NCBI GenBank assembly: GCA_003056265.1
Contig: NBVN01000006.1
Span: 1 to 24,000 of the forward strand
Direction: 5' to 3'
Length of the DNA stretch: 24,000 bases
Source of the DNA: Zestosphaera tikiterensis
Lineage (GTDB): Archaea > Thermoproteota > Thermoprotei_A > Sulfolobales > NBVN01
Positions 8,152 to 16,331 of this stretch are shown here, in pieces. Position 1 is the stretch's first letter; every line of letters starts with the position of its first letter. The position numbers and the translations under genes are program-made. Below the pieces are notes generated by a model that searched no databases, was not told the DNA's origin, and saw only the letters and a list, made by a program, of their open reading frames with translations.

Positions 8152-8562
8152 TTAGATATAATGTACTTTAACGTTTAACTTTCTAGCTACTTCAGCTTGT
8201 TTTTCATCGCTTGTTAGTAACCCTCCATGTTTTAATGCTTGAGCTATGTATAGTGAGTCAAACACGGAGATGGAATTTTCGAACGCTATCTTAACAGCTT
8301 CGCTTAAGTATTGATCGCTATTCTCTAAGAGTATAACTCCAGTCTTAATTAAGCCCATCACCCCGTCAACGAGTTCTTCAGCTGCTGACCTATCTATGAC
8401 CTTAAGAGTTACAGCGTAACCCCATATAACGTTTAAGACTTCCTTGATGAGGAGGTCCACACTCACTAAAGGTTTATTAGCGAGTATGAAGTCCCTAACG
8501 CTCCTCCATAGACTCTCTTTTAAGACGTACTTAGATAGTGCCGAAGCGTCAATGACGATCAC
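8152..8562 (-). CDS. vapC: PIN-domain ribonuclease toxin VapC
   Basis: MIVIDASAL provides the first acidic PIN residue. Further conserved acidic positions are at KEVLN, VFDSLY and TSDEKQ. It overlaps the upstream antitoxin ORF by 14 nt. Confidence 0.85.
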   Translation of the reverse strand: MIVIDASALSKYVLKESLWRSVRDFILANKPLVSVDLLIKEVLNVIWGYAVTLKVIDRSAAEELVDGVMGLIKTGVILLENSDQYLSEAVKIAFENSISVFDSLYIAQALKHGGLLTSDEKQAEVARKLNVKVHYI

Positions 8563-8806
8563 GGATCTCCCTCAAGTAACTAACTACCGCTCCTTTAGGA
8601 GCTTCAGGAAGTTTTTCAAGTATCCTATCTATCTTTTCGAAAACGCTTAACTGCTCTAACTCTTTAATTCGTTGTTCGATAAACCTCCTAAGTTCTTCGC
8701 TCCAATTCACCCTATCCTTAAGTAAAGCCATCCTCTCCTTAAGCTTCTTAGGTATTCTAAACGATATCGTAGTGCTAACGGCCGTCACCCAATTTTCTAT
8801 CGTCAT
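8549..8806 (-). CDS. vapB: VapB-type antitoxin (ribbon-helix-helix-like)
   Basis: TTISFRIPKKLKERMALL looks like an RHH strand-helix, followed by a helical tail that overlaps vapC. The track start at 8893 is unlikely. A TTTATATT box at 8820-8813 fits a leaderless start at GTG 8788 or ATG 8806. Confidence 0.65.
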   Translation of the reverse strand: MTIENWVTAVSTTISFRIPKKLKERMALLKDRVNWSEELRRFIEQRIKELEQLSVFEKIDRILEKLPEAPKGAVVSYLREIRDRH

Positions 8807-9113
8807 ACAGGAATATAAATTTAACTGTAGTACATTGTCGTAACGAATCTCACGTAAGGATGTATTACTGAAGTTATGAAAGCTTATTAACAATAAAGTA
8901 TTATTAAGTTGTGGAGGTAGCGTAATACGGCAAACATGGAAAGCGCACTACAGAGTTCAGCGGGGTGGGATTACGTCCTACCCGCTTAGGCATGGTGGGG
9001 GTTCCTTACGTATCGCCTTAATTATTGGTGAGGGATCGCCTCCCGGTAGGGAGCTTTACAGCTACGTAGTTGGTTTAGCATCTAAACATAGAGTTAGGGA
9101 TGTAGTCATTCAT

Positions 9114-9353
9114 GTGGTGTCAACTTATGGAAGACCTCACTACATGCGTGCTTTACGTGATTTTATTCAAAGTAACATAAGCATGGGTTTAACGATTAGC
9201 TACTGTGGGAGTACTTCAGAGGATTTAACGAGTCTTTTAAAGTCCTTACGTGAGGAGGGCAATCCCTTTAAGATTTGCGTGTTGGGTAAAGTACCTCAGG
9301 AGTTTCTAAAAGTACTTGATAGCTTTGAAGTAGGTTACGACTGTCTGGGGTGA
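9114..9353 (+). CDS. hypothetical protein; probably the 3' two-thirds of a longer disrupted ORF that begins at ATG 8992
   Basis: The reading frame stays open far upstream of GTG 9114 and encodes protein-like sequence (SLRIALIIGEGSPPGRELYSYVVGLASKHRVRDVVIH) but has no ATG/GTG/TTG. Stop TGA 9351-9353 lies inside a GGTGA motif 6 nt before the radical SAM ATG. Confidence 0.4.
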   Translation: MVSTYGRPHYMRALRDFIQSNISMGLTISYCGSTSEDLTSLLKSLREEGNPFKICVLGKVPQEFLKVLDSFEVGYDCLG

Positions 9354-9359
9354 GCTTCC

Positions 9360-10868
9360 ATGGTTTTTGAAGTCGTGATTACTGTCGACAGAACTATGAT
9401 GACCGACCACCACGGTAAGGAGTTTTTAGGTTTTATGACTACGGGCCCCGCCGTAGGCATACCGGAGACCCTTTGGTTGTGGATAGCCGCACCTAAGCCT
9501 GAAGTCGACGATTTAGGCAGGCCTAAAGTAGCTCCATATGGTTTAAGGAAGGTTGAAGCCAAGCTTATAGACCTAGGGTTTAACGCCGCTGTTGTGGATC
9601 CCGACCATATAAATAAACACTTAGACACTATGAAGGTGTTGATGGTAGGTCATCATGACTACTTTGCTTACGGCCCTCCAAGCAGTGAGTGGTGGTTCAT
9701 AACCGGTGAAGAACCTGTGAATAGAAGGTCTTTCATTAGGTTTATGAGGAGCAAAGCTGTTAGGAGGGCTAAGGCTAAAGGCGTTAAGATTATTGCTGGA
9801 GGTCCTGCCGCGTGGCAGTGGTTATGGGAGCTTGACTTATGGAAGGAGTTCGGCGTGGATACCGTGGTCGACGGTGAGGCTGAGAGGGTCGTAGGTGATT
9901 TAGTTAGTAAGGCGTTGAACGGCGAGCAATTGCCTGACTACGTCTACGTAGGCCCGCATAACGCACCTTCAATAAGTGAGATTCCATTGATAAAAGGTGC
10001 GAGCGTTAACGGCTTAGTTGAGATTATGAGGGGTTGTCCCAGAGGCTGTAGGTTCTGCTCAGTTACGTTAAGGCCTCTTAGGTATATCCCGCTAGATTTT
10101 ATAGAGAAGGAGATTAAACTGAATGTATCTAAAGGTGTTAAGAGTGCTATACTGCATAGTGAGGACGTGCTTCTTTACGGCGCCGATGGAGTTAAGCCTA
10201 AGCCTGAGCCTTTAATTAAACTGCATGAGTTAGTTAGGGGGTTGGTTCCTGGTCATATAGCTTGGGCTCACTCAAGTCTTTCAGCAGTTAAATACGCTGA
10301 GGACAACTATAAGCTAGTCTCTAAGATAATGAATGATGTTCTCAACGATAAGCAAGACTACTTAGGTGTTGAGGTAGGTATAGAAACCGGGAGCGTTAAC
10401 TTAGCTAAGAAGATAATGCCGGCTAAGTCAGCGCCTTACCCTCCGGAGAAATGGCCTGAAGTTGTTGAGGACGCTTTCAGGATAATGCACGAGAATAGAA
10501 TCATCCCAGCAGCTACGTTAATATTGGGTTTCCCTGAGGAAACACCTGACGACGTAGTTAAAACGATTGAGTTGTTAGATAGGCTTAAACAGTACAGGAG
10601 TTTGATAGTGCCTATGTTTTTCGTGCCTATGGGTGCTTTAAAAGATAGGGACTGGTTTAGAAGGAACGCCGTTAAACACGAGCATGTTGAGTTAATGATT
10701 AAAACTTTAGAGCATTCGACATACTGGGCTGAGAACATAATGAGTGAGTTCTACGTTAAAGGATTTAAATACGCCCCTATAAAAATCCTCTTAAAGTTCT
10801 TCATATGGTATGTAAACCATAAAGTCAACAGCATAAAACCACAGCTTGAAGAAATGCTTAAGGCTTAA
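9360..10868 (+). CDS. radical SAM enzyme with an N-terminal B12-binding-like (Rossmann) domain (COG1032-type)
   Basis: CPRGCRFC (CX3CX2C) is encoded at 10035-10058, and these are the only three Cys in 502 aa. The N-terminal roughly 200 aa has the alternating beta/alpha pattern typical of the B12-binding-like domain of class-B-type radical SAM proteins (KVLMVGHHDY, VKIIAGGPAA, DTVVDGEAE). A GIETGS-type TIM-barrel core follows. Confidence 0.8.
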   Translation: MVFEVVITVDRTMMTDHHGKEFLGFMTTGPAVGIPETLWLWIAAPKPEVDDLGRPKVAPYGLRKVEAKLIDLGFNAAVVDPDHINKHLDTMKVLMVGHHDYFAYGPPSSEWWFITGEEPVNRRSFIRFMRSKAVRRAKAKGVKIIAGGPAAWQWLWELDLWKEFGVDTVVDGEAERVVGDLVSKALNGEQLPDYVYVGPHNAPSISEIPLIKGASVNGLVEIMRGCPRGCRFCSVTLRPLRYIPLDFIEKEIKLNVSKGVKSAILHSEDVLLYGADGVKPKPEPLIKLHELVRGLVPGHIAWAHSSLSAVKYAEDNYKLVSKIMNDVLNDKQDYLGVEVGIETGSVNLAKKIMPAKSAPYPPEKWPEVVEDAFRIMHENRIIPAATLILGFPEETPDDVVKTIELLDRLKQYRSLIVPMFFVPMGALKDRDWFRRNAVKHEHVELMIKTLEHSTYWAENIMSEFYVKGFKYAPIKILLKFFIWYVNHKVNSIKPQLEEMLKA

Positions 10869-10912
10869 TAAAAACTTTAAAACTTTTAGGTCTGGTTTCT
10901 TTAGGTGTTAAA

Positions 10913-12157
10913 GTGGGACGCGTGTATTTAATTCCCGTGGCTTCACCGTTGCACGACCCTCAAGCAGTTAATGAAGTTTTAAACCAGTATGTGGAAGTCC
11001 TTAAAAAACACGTTGATGAAGTCTTTAAGATCGTAACTTCTGAGGAAGACTTAAACAACGTAAGCGTAACTAGTGAGGATTTAGCTTTAGTTGCTGTTTT
11101 AACGGGTGGTAGTGAAGCTTTAACGGTTAGGGTGTCTGACCTCGCTGGTTATACTGCGTTATTACCTCATAAAACCATGAATAGCTTACCAGCTTCTTTA
11201 GAAGCGTACGCTACGTTAACAGCTTCAGGTAAGCCATCCTCGCTAATCCTGGAGTGGCCTCCAAACGGTAAAGTCCTTAACTTCATTAAGTCTTGGAAGG
11301 TTGTGTCGAAACTCTCCAGTTTGAAGTTAGGGCTTATTGGGGAGCCTTCGCCTTGGCTGACCTACAGCTCAGGAACTGAGGTTGAGAATGGGTTGAAGGA
11401 ACTCTTCAGTAATATGGAGTTCGTTAGGGTGGATCTTAAGGAACTCTACGATGAGGTGGGTAGGATTCCCAACTCGGAAGTTTCAAGTTTAGTTGAGAAC
11501 GTGTTTAAAGGTGCTGAGAGGAGTTTCGTAGCTAGAGAGGAGCTTGTGAAACCTCTTAAGATATACTTAGCTTTAAAGAATATCATCAGAAATTACGGGT
11601 TGGACGCTATAACTATAAGATGCTTTGACGTGATTAAGGAGTTGAAGACTACTGCCTGCCTATCGTTGGCTTTATTGAATTCGGAGGGTTTTGTTGCCGG
11701 TTGTGAAGGCGATTTACCAGCCGTTGTAACCATGTATTTAGCCTCTAAGTTAAGTGATTCACCTGCCTTCATGGGTAACTTAGCTTGGGTTGAGGGCAAC
11801 GAAGTTTTAGTGGCTCACTGCACTGTAGCGTTAAAACTTACTAGGGCGTACGAGTTAAAAACACACTTCGAGTCCGGTTTAGGTGTGGGCATAGCTGGCT
11901 TCATACCCGAAGGCTCTAAAGTAACTATGGTTAGGTTAGACCCCATATCTAGGACTTTAAGGTTTGCTGTGGGTACAGTAGCTTCTGGGGTTCCATTAAG
12001 TGCTCACCACTGCAGGACTCAAGTAAGGATAAGACTCAACGCTGATTTAAAGAACTTGATAGAGTATTCCATAGGTAACCACTACGTCTTAGTGTTTGAG
12101 GATATCTCAGAAGAGCTTAAATACGTTGCTGAAGTGCTTGGTCTAGCTGTTGACTGA
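10913..12157 (+). CDS. L-fucose/L-arabinose isomerase-like protein (COG2407-type), function unknown
   Basis: FVAGCEGDLPAVVTMYL resembles the CE(G/A)D metal-site motif region of the FucI/AraA superfamily, followed by VAHCT and GNHYVLVFEDI. GTG start with AGGTG 5 nt upstream. Assignment is by motif memory only. Confidence 0.55.
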   Translation: MGRVYLIPVASPLHDPQAVNEVLNQYVEVLKKHVDEVFKIVTSEEDLNNVSVTSEDLALVAVLTGGSEALTVRVSDLAGYTALLPHKTMNSLPASLEAYATLTASGKPSSLILEWPPNGKVLNFIKSWKVVSKLSSLKLGLIGEPSPWLTYSSGTEVENGLKELFSNMEFVRVDLKELYDEVGRIPNSEVSSLVENVFKGAERSFVAREELVKPLKIYLALKNIIRNYGLDAITIRCFDVIKELKTTACLSLALLNSEGFVAGCEGDLPAVVTMYLASKLSDSPAFMGNLAWVEGNEVLVAHCTVALKLTRAYELKTHFESGLGVGIAGFIPEGSKVTMVRLDPISRTLRFAVGTVASGVPLSAHHCRTQVRIRLNADLKNLIEYSIGNHYVLVFEDISEELKYVAEVLGLAVD

Positions 12158-12173
12158 TTCCACACCCGCTACT

Positions 12174-12665
12174 TTAACTTCTAGACGAAGGTATTCTCCT
12201 CCTATCTCCTACAACCCAGTAACTTCCATCGCTTCTTTCCTCAAGCTTAAATATAGGTACTTCATGTTTCACCCTCTCTAAAGCTAGCTGCGCTGCTTTA
12301 AACGCTTCCTCCCTCTCCGGGGCGGTTACGAAGATATATATCGTTGGATCCCTAGGCTTTAACTTACCTACCCTATGGATGATTATTAAGTCTCTAACTT
12401 TAAAGGTCTTCAGCAAATCGTTAGCTATGTCATTCATTACCTTAACAGCCAGGCTTTCATAAGCTTCGTAAGTTAAGCTTCTGACCTCATTTCCCTCAAC
12501 AACCCCCTTCACGAAACCCATGAACATAACTAAAGCTCCGCAACCCTCGCGAGAGGATTCCGTAAGCTTAGATATGATTGAGTTAACGTCAACCGCTTCC
12601 GTCGCTATGCGGGTTTCCACAACCACGTTAACCACCGGCAGCTGGAGGTAGTAAAACGACTTCAT
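12174..12665 (-). CDS. moaE: molybdopterin synthase catalytic subunit MoaE
   Basis: GALVMFMGFVKG, HRVGKLKPRDPTIYIFVTAPEREEAFKAAQLALERVKHEVPIFK. The track start ATG 12665 overlaps moaD by 38 nt. In-frame GTG 12626, one nt after the moaD TAA and preceded by GGTGG, is the more likely start. Confidence 0.85.
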   Translation of the reverse strand: MKSFYYLQLPVVNVVVETRIATEAVDVNSIISKLTESSREGCGALVMFMGFVKGVVEGNEVRSLTYEAYESLAVKVMNDIANDLLKTFKVRDLIIIHRVGKLKPRDPTIYIFVTAPEREEAFKAAQLALERVKHEVPIFKLEERSDGSYWVVGDRRRIPSSRS

Positions 12666-12888
12666 CCATGTCGTTAATTAGGAAGTCCTCACCAACTATA
12701 GAGTCGTTAACCACGAACATAACGTTTATTTCAGCTTTACGTACCTTCTCTAGAAACTCCCTAAAAGAAACGTCCTTAGAAGCTAAGTCGTTAATTAACT
12801 TCCCAATCGGTGTTGGTGCGTTAACGACGAATTCAAAGTATTCTCTACCCGCTAAGTCTTTCAGTAACCCGTAAAGCCTTAACCTCAA
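12628..12888 (-). CDS. moaD: molybdopterin synthase sulfur-carrier subunit MoaD
   Basis: 86 aa ending VVLLPPAAGG, with Gly-Gly directly before the stop, and directly coupled to moaE. Confidence 0.85.
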   Translation of the reverse strand: MRLRLYGLLKDLAGREYFEFVVNAPTPIGKLINDLASKDVSFREFLEKVRKAEINVMFVVNDSIVGEDFLINDMDEVVLLPPAAGG

Positions 12889-12952
12889 GTTAACCCACCT
12901 GAGAATATAACTTCATCAAGGTTTAATACCTTACTTAAAGAATATAGCTTTA

Positions 12953-14014
12953 GTGAGTTATATGAAGTATGTTAGGATATCCAGCAACTGCGGGTTGAAG
13001 GTTTCTGTGTTGTCTTTAGGTACGTGGCATCTACCTAGGCTACCGGAGAAAGATGATGTGGGTGCTTATAAAATAGACGTTGATGAGTTTAAGAAGGTTT
13101 TAAAGAAGGCCTTTGACGCGGGGATTAACTTCATCGACACAGCCAATAAATATCACGGCGGTATATCACCCGTGCCTTTATCTCATGCGGGATATGCTGA
13201 GAGGTTATTAGGTAAGTTAATTAAGGAGTTGAACCTACCTAGGGAGGAGTTAGTTATAGCAACTAAAGTCGGTGCTCAAATGTCTTCAGGGCCTAACGGT
13301 AGTGGGTTAAGTAGGAAACATATCGTGTGGCAGGTCAAAGAAAGCTTAAGTAGACTTCAGCTGGAGTATGTCGACATATATTACGCACACGTTTTCGACC
13401 CGGAGACCCCGAAGCTTGAAACCCTACGCACCTTCAACGACTTAGTTAGGAGGGGGTTAACTCTCCACCTAGGTTTAAGTAACATACCGCCACATCATTT
13501 AGTCGATTACTTAAGAATCTCTGAAATCGAGGGCTTAGAACCGGTGGTTGTTCTTCAATATAAGTATAACCTAATGGAGAGGGATGCAGAGAAAGACGTA
13601 ATACCTATAGCTAGGGAATTCAAGCTTGGAATAACGGCTTACTCACCTTTAGCGCAAGGCTTTCTAACAGGTAAGTACGTAGACATTCAAAGCAGGAAAT
13701 GGGTTATCCCGGAACTCTCTAGAGCTGCGTACATGACGCAAATGAGTAAGAGGTATTTCACGGACGAGAACCTGAAGTTCATGATTGACTTCGTAGAGTA
13801 CGCCAAATCCATGAACGTAACACCAACGCAACTAGCTCTAGCGTGGCTTTTGAAAATGTCTGAAATACATAACGTACCGATCATACCTATAATCGGTGTG
13901 TCGAAAATCAACCACTTAGAAGAAGCATTAGCAGCCACTGAAATCAATTTAAAAGACAACGACTTAAAATACTTGAATGAGATCTCATTAAAGATAAGCG
14001 TAAGCCCCCAATGA
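12953..14014 (+). CDS. aldo/keto reductase family oxidoreductase
   Basis: LSLGTW, INFIDTANKY (catalytic Asp/Tyr region), ELVIATKVG (Lys), VDIYYAHVFDP (His), LGLSN, and IPIIGVSKINHLEEAL at the C-terminus. The start may be GTG 12953 or ATG 12962. Confidence 0.85.
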   Translation: MSYMKYVRISSNCGLKVSVLSLGTWHLPRLPEKDDVGAYKIDVDEFKKVLKKAFDAGINFIDTANKYHGGISPVPLSHAGYAERLLGKLIKELNLPREELVIATKVGAQMSSGPNGSGLSRKHIVWQVKESLSRLQLEYVDIYYAHVFDPETPKLETLRTFNDLVRRGLTLHLGLSNIPPHHLVDYLRISEIEGLEPVVVLQYKYNLMERDAEKDVIPIAREFKLGITAYSPLAQGFLTGKYVDIQSRKWVIPELSRAAYMTQMSKRYFTDENLKFMIDFVEYAKSMNVTPTQLALAWLLKMSEIHNVPIIPIIGVSKINHLEEALAATEINLKDNDLKYLNEISLKISVSPQ

Positions 14015-14023
14015 ACTCGTAAA

Positions 14024-15040
14024 TCATTGTCGAGAAGTACTGGATATTAAGTCCTTTAAAGCATAGTTATCCAGTATTATCTCTATTAAATCTCTAAGAT
14101 ATGCGGAAATTCTCTTTACACTCTCTCTAAGGCTTACATATTCTGAGTGAGGGAAGTCCCCTACGTATGGAGCTGCCTCTATAGCCTTAAGCTTTGTTAG
14201 TAGCTTACCAAGCTCGTCTAGGGATTCGGCCTTAAACTTTATGGGTATATAGTTCGTGATGAAGCTGTAATTCCGTTTTAACTCTTTAATAAGATTCTCT
14301 AATTGAATAATCTTACCTACTGCTTGAATTTCTTTTAACTGTTTAGCAATGTTGAATAAGTGATCAGCTATTCTCTCCAATGTTTTTAAAATAAACACCA
14401 AGTAAAGAATTTCAGCAGGATTATTAAGCCCTATCTCAGCTAAGGTCGTCTTACCTAGCAACACATGATTTAACTGCCTCAATCCGTAGAGGTAAAGTTT
14501 ATCTATTAAATCATCTCTTTCAACAACTCTATCAAGTAAAACTGCGTTTCCCGTTATAAAGTAGTTCTCAATATCCTTAAACGAGTCTTCAGATAAGCTT
14601 ATAATTTTCCGTAGAACCTCACGTAAAGATAAGGTCGATAAGCTTGCTAAACACTGTAACGCTATGTAATCTTGACCTTCTTCAACAACTTCCAATCCTA
14701 TTGTCTTTTTGGATATTAAATCCATGACCTCTGATAATTCTTTACTCGTTATGTTGGGATACTTGATTACGATTTTATCATATCCAGTAACGTAAGACGC
14801 GATAACCTTAGCTATAAAGAACTCAGTGTTTCCCGGCATGAAATCTATTCGATACTCACTCACTTCATCACCTGCTTTGCTAAGCACATCTTCACTTAAT
14901 ATCTTTAAAGATAAGTCAGGCATAACCTCCACAAGCAGTTCACTACCTTGCCGTAAATTCACTCGTTCCACCCACTCTTTAGGTAAAGATATGATGTATG
15001 TTGAACCACCAACTATCTGCACTTTCCTCCTAAATCTCAC
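14024..15040 (-). CDS. SpoVT/AbrB-domain plus PhoU-domain fusion protein, putative phosphate-responsive transcription regulator
   Basis: The N-terminus RKVQIVGGSTYIISLPKEWVERVNLRQGSELLVEV is a swapped-hairpin AbrB-type DNA-binding domain. The C-terminal half carries PhoU-like helices including LKTLERIADHLFNIAKQ. It is divergent from pstS. GTG start with GGTGA upstream. Confidence 0.8.
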   Translation of the reverse strand: MRFRRKVQIVGGSTYIISLPKEWVERVNLRQGSELLVEVMPDLSLKILSEDVLSKAGDEVSEYRIDFMPGNTEFFIAKVIASYVTGYDKIVIKYPNITSKELSEVMDLISKKTIGLEVVEEGQDYIALQCLASLSTLSLREVLRKIISLSEDSFKDIENYFITGNAVLLDRVVERDDLIDKLYLYGLRQLNHVLLGKTTLAEIGLNNPAEILYLVFILKTLERIADHLFNIAKQLKEIQAVGKIIQLENLIKELKRNYSFITNYIPIKFKAESLDELGKLLTKLKAIEAAPYVGDFPHSEYVSLRESVKRISAYLRDLIEIILDNYALKDLISSTSRQ

Positions 15041-15150
15041 TTTCTCACCGTGATATATAATCTAAATTTACTATATAAATTTAATTGTTTATATATACTT
15101 TATAATAACGATATATAACTGCAACATCATAGCTCATCATGGTGGGTTAA
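15041..15150. promoter_or_regulatory. divergent promoter/operator region between the AbrB-PhoU gene and pstS
   Basis: There are four TATA-like elements: ATATATAA at 15053, TATATAAA at 15072, ATATATAC at 15091 and ATATATAA at 15111. A 9-bp direct repeat GATATATAA occurs at 15052-15060 and 15110-15118. GGTGGG (15141-15146) precedes the pstS ATG. Confidence 0.55.
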
Positions 15151-16317
15151 ATGGAAAAACGTGCGGTGACGTTAGCTGTTATTGGGTTGTTCGTGCTCGC
15201 CGCTGTAGCTGTTGTATTAGGATTCATAAGCTTTAAGACACCTGAAGCGCCCTCAGGAACTAAGCCTGAAGTTATGAGTTCAACCGCAACAACTTCTGCT
15301 ACATCAGCAGGTAAAGTGGCTATTTCAGGTGCTGGTGCTACGTTTCTAGCGCCACAGATGTTTGAATGGGCTCGCATATATACTCAAACGAAGGGTGTGG
15401 TTGTAGAGTATCAAAGCGTAGGTAGCGGCGCAGGAAGAGATATGTTCTTTAGAAACGTCACTCATTTCGGGGCAAGTGACGTACCTCTATCTAAAGAGCT
15501 TTATGAAAAATATAGAGGACGTGTTCTGCAGATTCCCGTAGTGATTGGCTCCATAGCTATAGTGTATAACATCCCTGAAATCCCTGAAAACACAAACCTT
15601 TGCTTGAGTGGTGATGTAATAGCCCTCATATATAAGGGGGAAATTAAGCGTTGGGACGATGAAAGAATATTAAGTGATAATCCAAGCCTTAAAAACTACC
15701 TACTAGGTAAAGAGATCGTAGCCGTGCATAGATCGGATTCAAGCGGAACTACGGGGGCTTTCACAATATATCTAAATAAAGTAGCGCCGAACATATGGAC
15801 TAAGGACTTAGTCGGTCTTACAGTAGATTGGCCTGCAGATAAGGTAGCTAAAGGTGTTGGTGGGAAGGGGAATGAAGGTGTTACGCAGGTTGTTCAAACA
15901 ACACCTTATTCCATCGGGTATGTGGAATTAAACTATGCTCTCCTTAACAAATTAAGGATGGCAGCAGTTAAAAACGCTGATGGATACTGCGTAGTTCCTA
16001 ATGAAACGACAATAGTTAACGCCGTTAAAAGCGCTTTCAAGTCTGGGTTAGCATTTCCGCAAACGCCTTTAGATGACTGGAGCGATGTTCCACAAAAGCT
16101 TATGAACGCACCGGGTAGAGATTCATACCCTATAGTTTCCTTTTCGTTCCTACTGTTCTGGAGGGAATACCCTAAGGAATTAGCTGGTGCGATTAAAGAC
16201 TTTATAAACTGGTTAAACACAGAGGGTCAAGGAAAAACTATCGTGGGTTATCTACCGATACCGGAGGAAGTACGTGAAATCAATTTGAAAGCACTTCAAA
16301 TTATAGAAGGTAGGTAA
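15151..16317 (+). CDS. pstS: phosphate ABC transporter substrate-binding protein PstS, membrane-anchored
   Basis: An N-terminal TM helix and a Ser/Thr-rich linker (SSTATTSATSAG) are followed by GAGATF, YQSVGSGAG, HRSDSSGTT and GYVE motifs typical of PstS. Confidence 0.9.
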   Translation: MEKRAVTLAVIGLFVLAAVAVVLGFISFKTPEAPSGTKPEVMSSTATTSATSAGKVAISGAGATFLAPQMFEWARIYTQTKGVVVEYQSVGSGAGRDMFFRNVTHFGASDVPLSKELYEKYRGRVLQIPVVIGSIAIVYNIPEIPENTNLCLSGDVIALIYKGEIKRWDDERILSDNPSLKNYLLGKEIVAVHRSDSSGTTGAFTIYLNKVAPNIWTKDLVGLTVDWPADKVAKGVGGKGNEGVTQVVQTTPYSIGYVELNYALLNKLRMAAVKNADGYCVVPNETTIVNAVKSAFKSGLAFPQTPLDDWSDVPQKLMNAPGRDSYPIVSFSFLLFWREYPKELAGAIKDFINWLNTEGQGKTIVGYLPIPEEVREINLKALQIIEGR

Positions 16318-16331
16318 GGAAGGGTTAACAT

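Noticed and set aside
9114-9353. The small ORF as a RiPP precursor peptide for the adjacent radical SAM enzyme.
   Set aside because: The frame encodes globular-looking sequence well upstream of the only start codon. The radical SAM protein has no auxiliary-cluster (SPASM/twitch) or RRE-like region. The third gene is an isomerase-fold protein rather than a protease or transporter. The idea is not excluded, but it is unsupported.
9360-10868. Assignment of the radical SAM enzyme as the tetraether lipid synthase (Tes/GDGT-MAS).
   Set aside because: As I recall it, that enzyme is described as carrying multiple Fe-S clusters. This protein has only the three CX3CX2C cysteines, so a multi-cluster enzyme is implausible. 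A proper HMM search is still needed.
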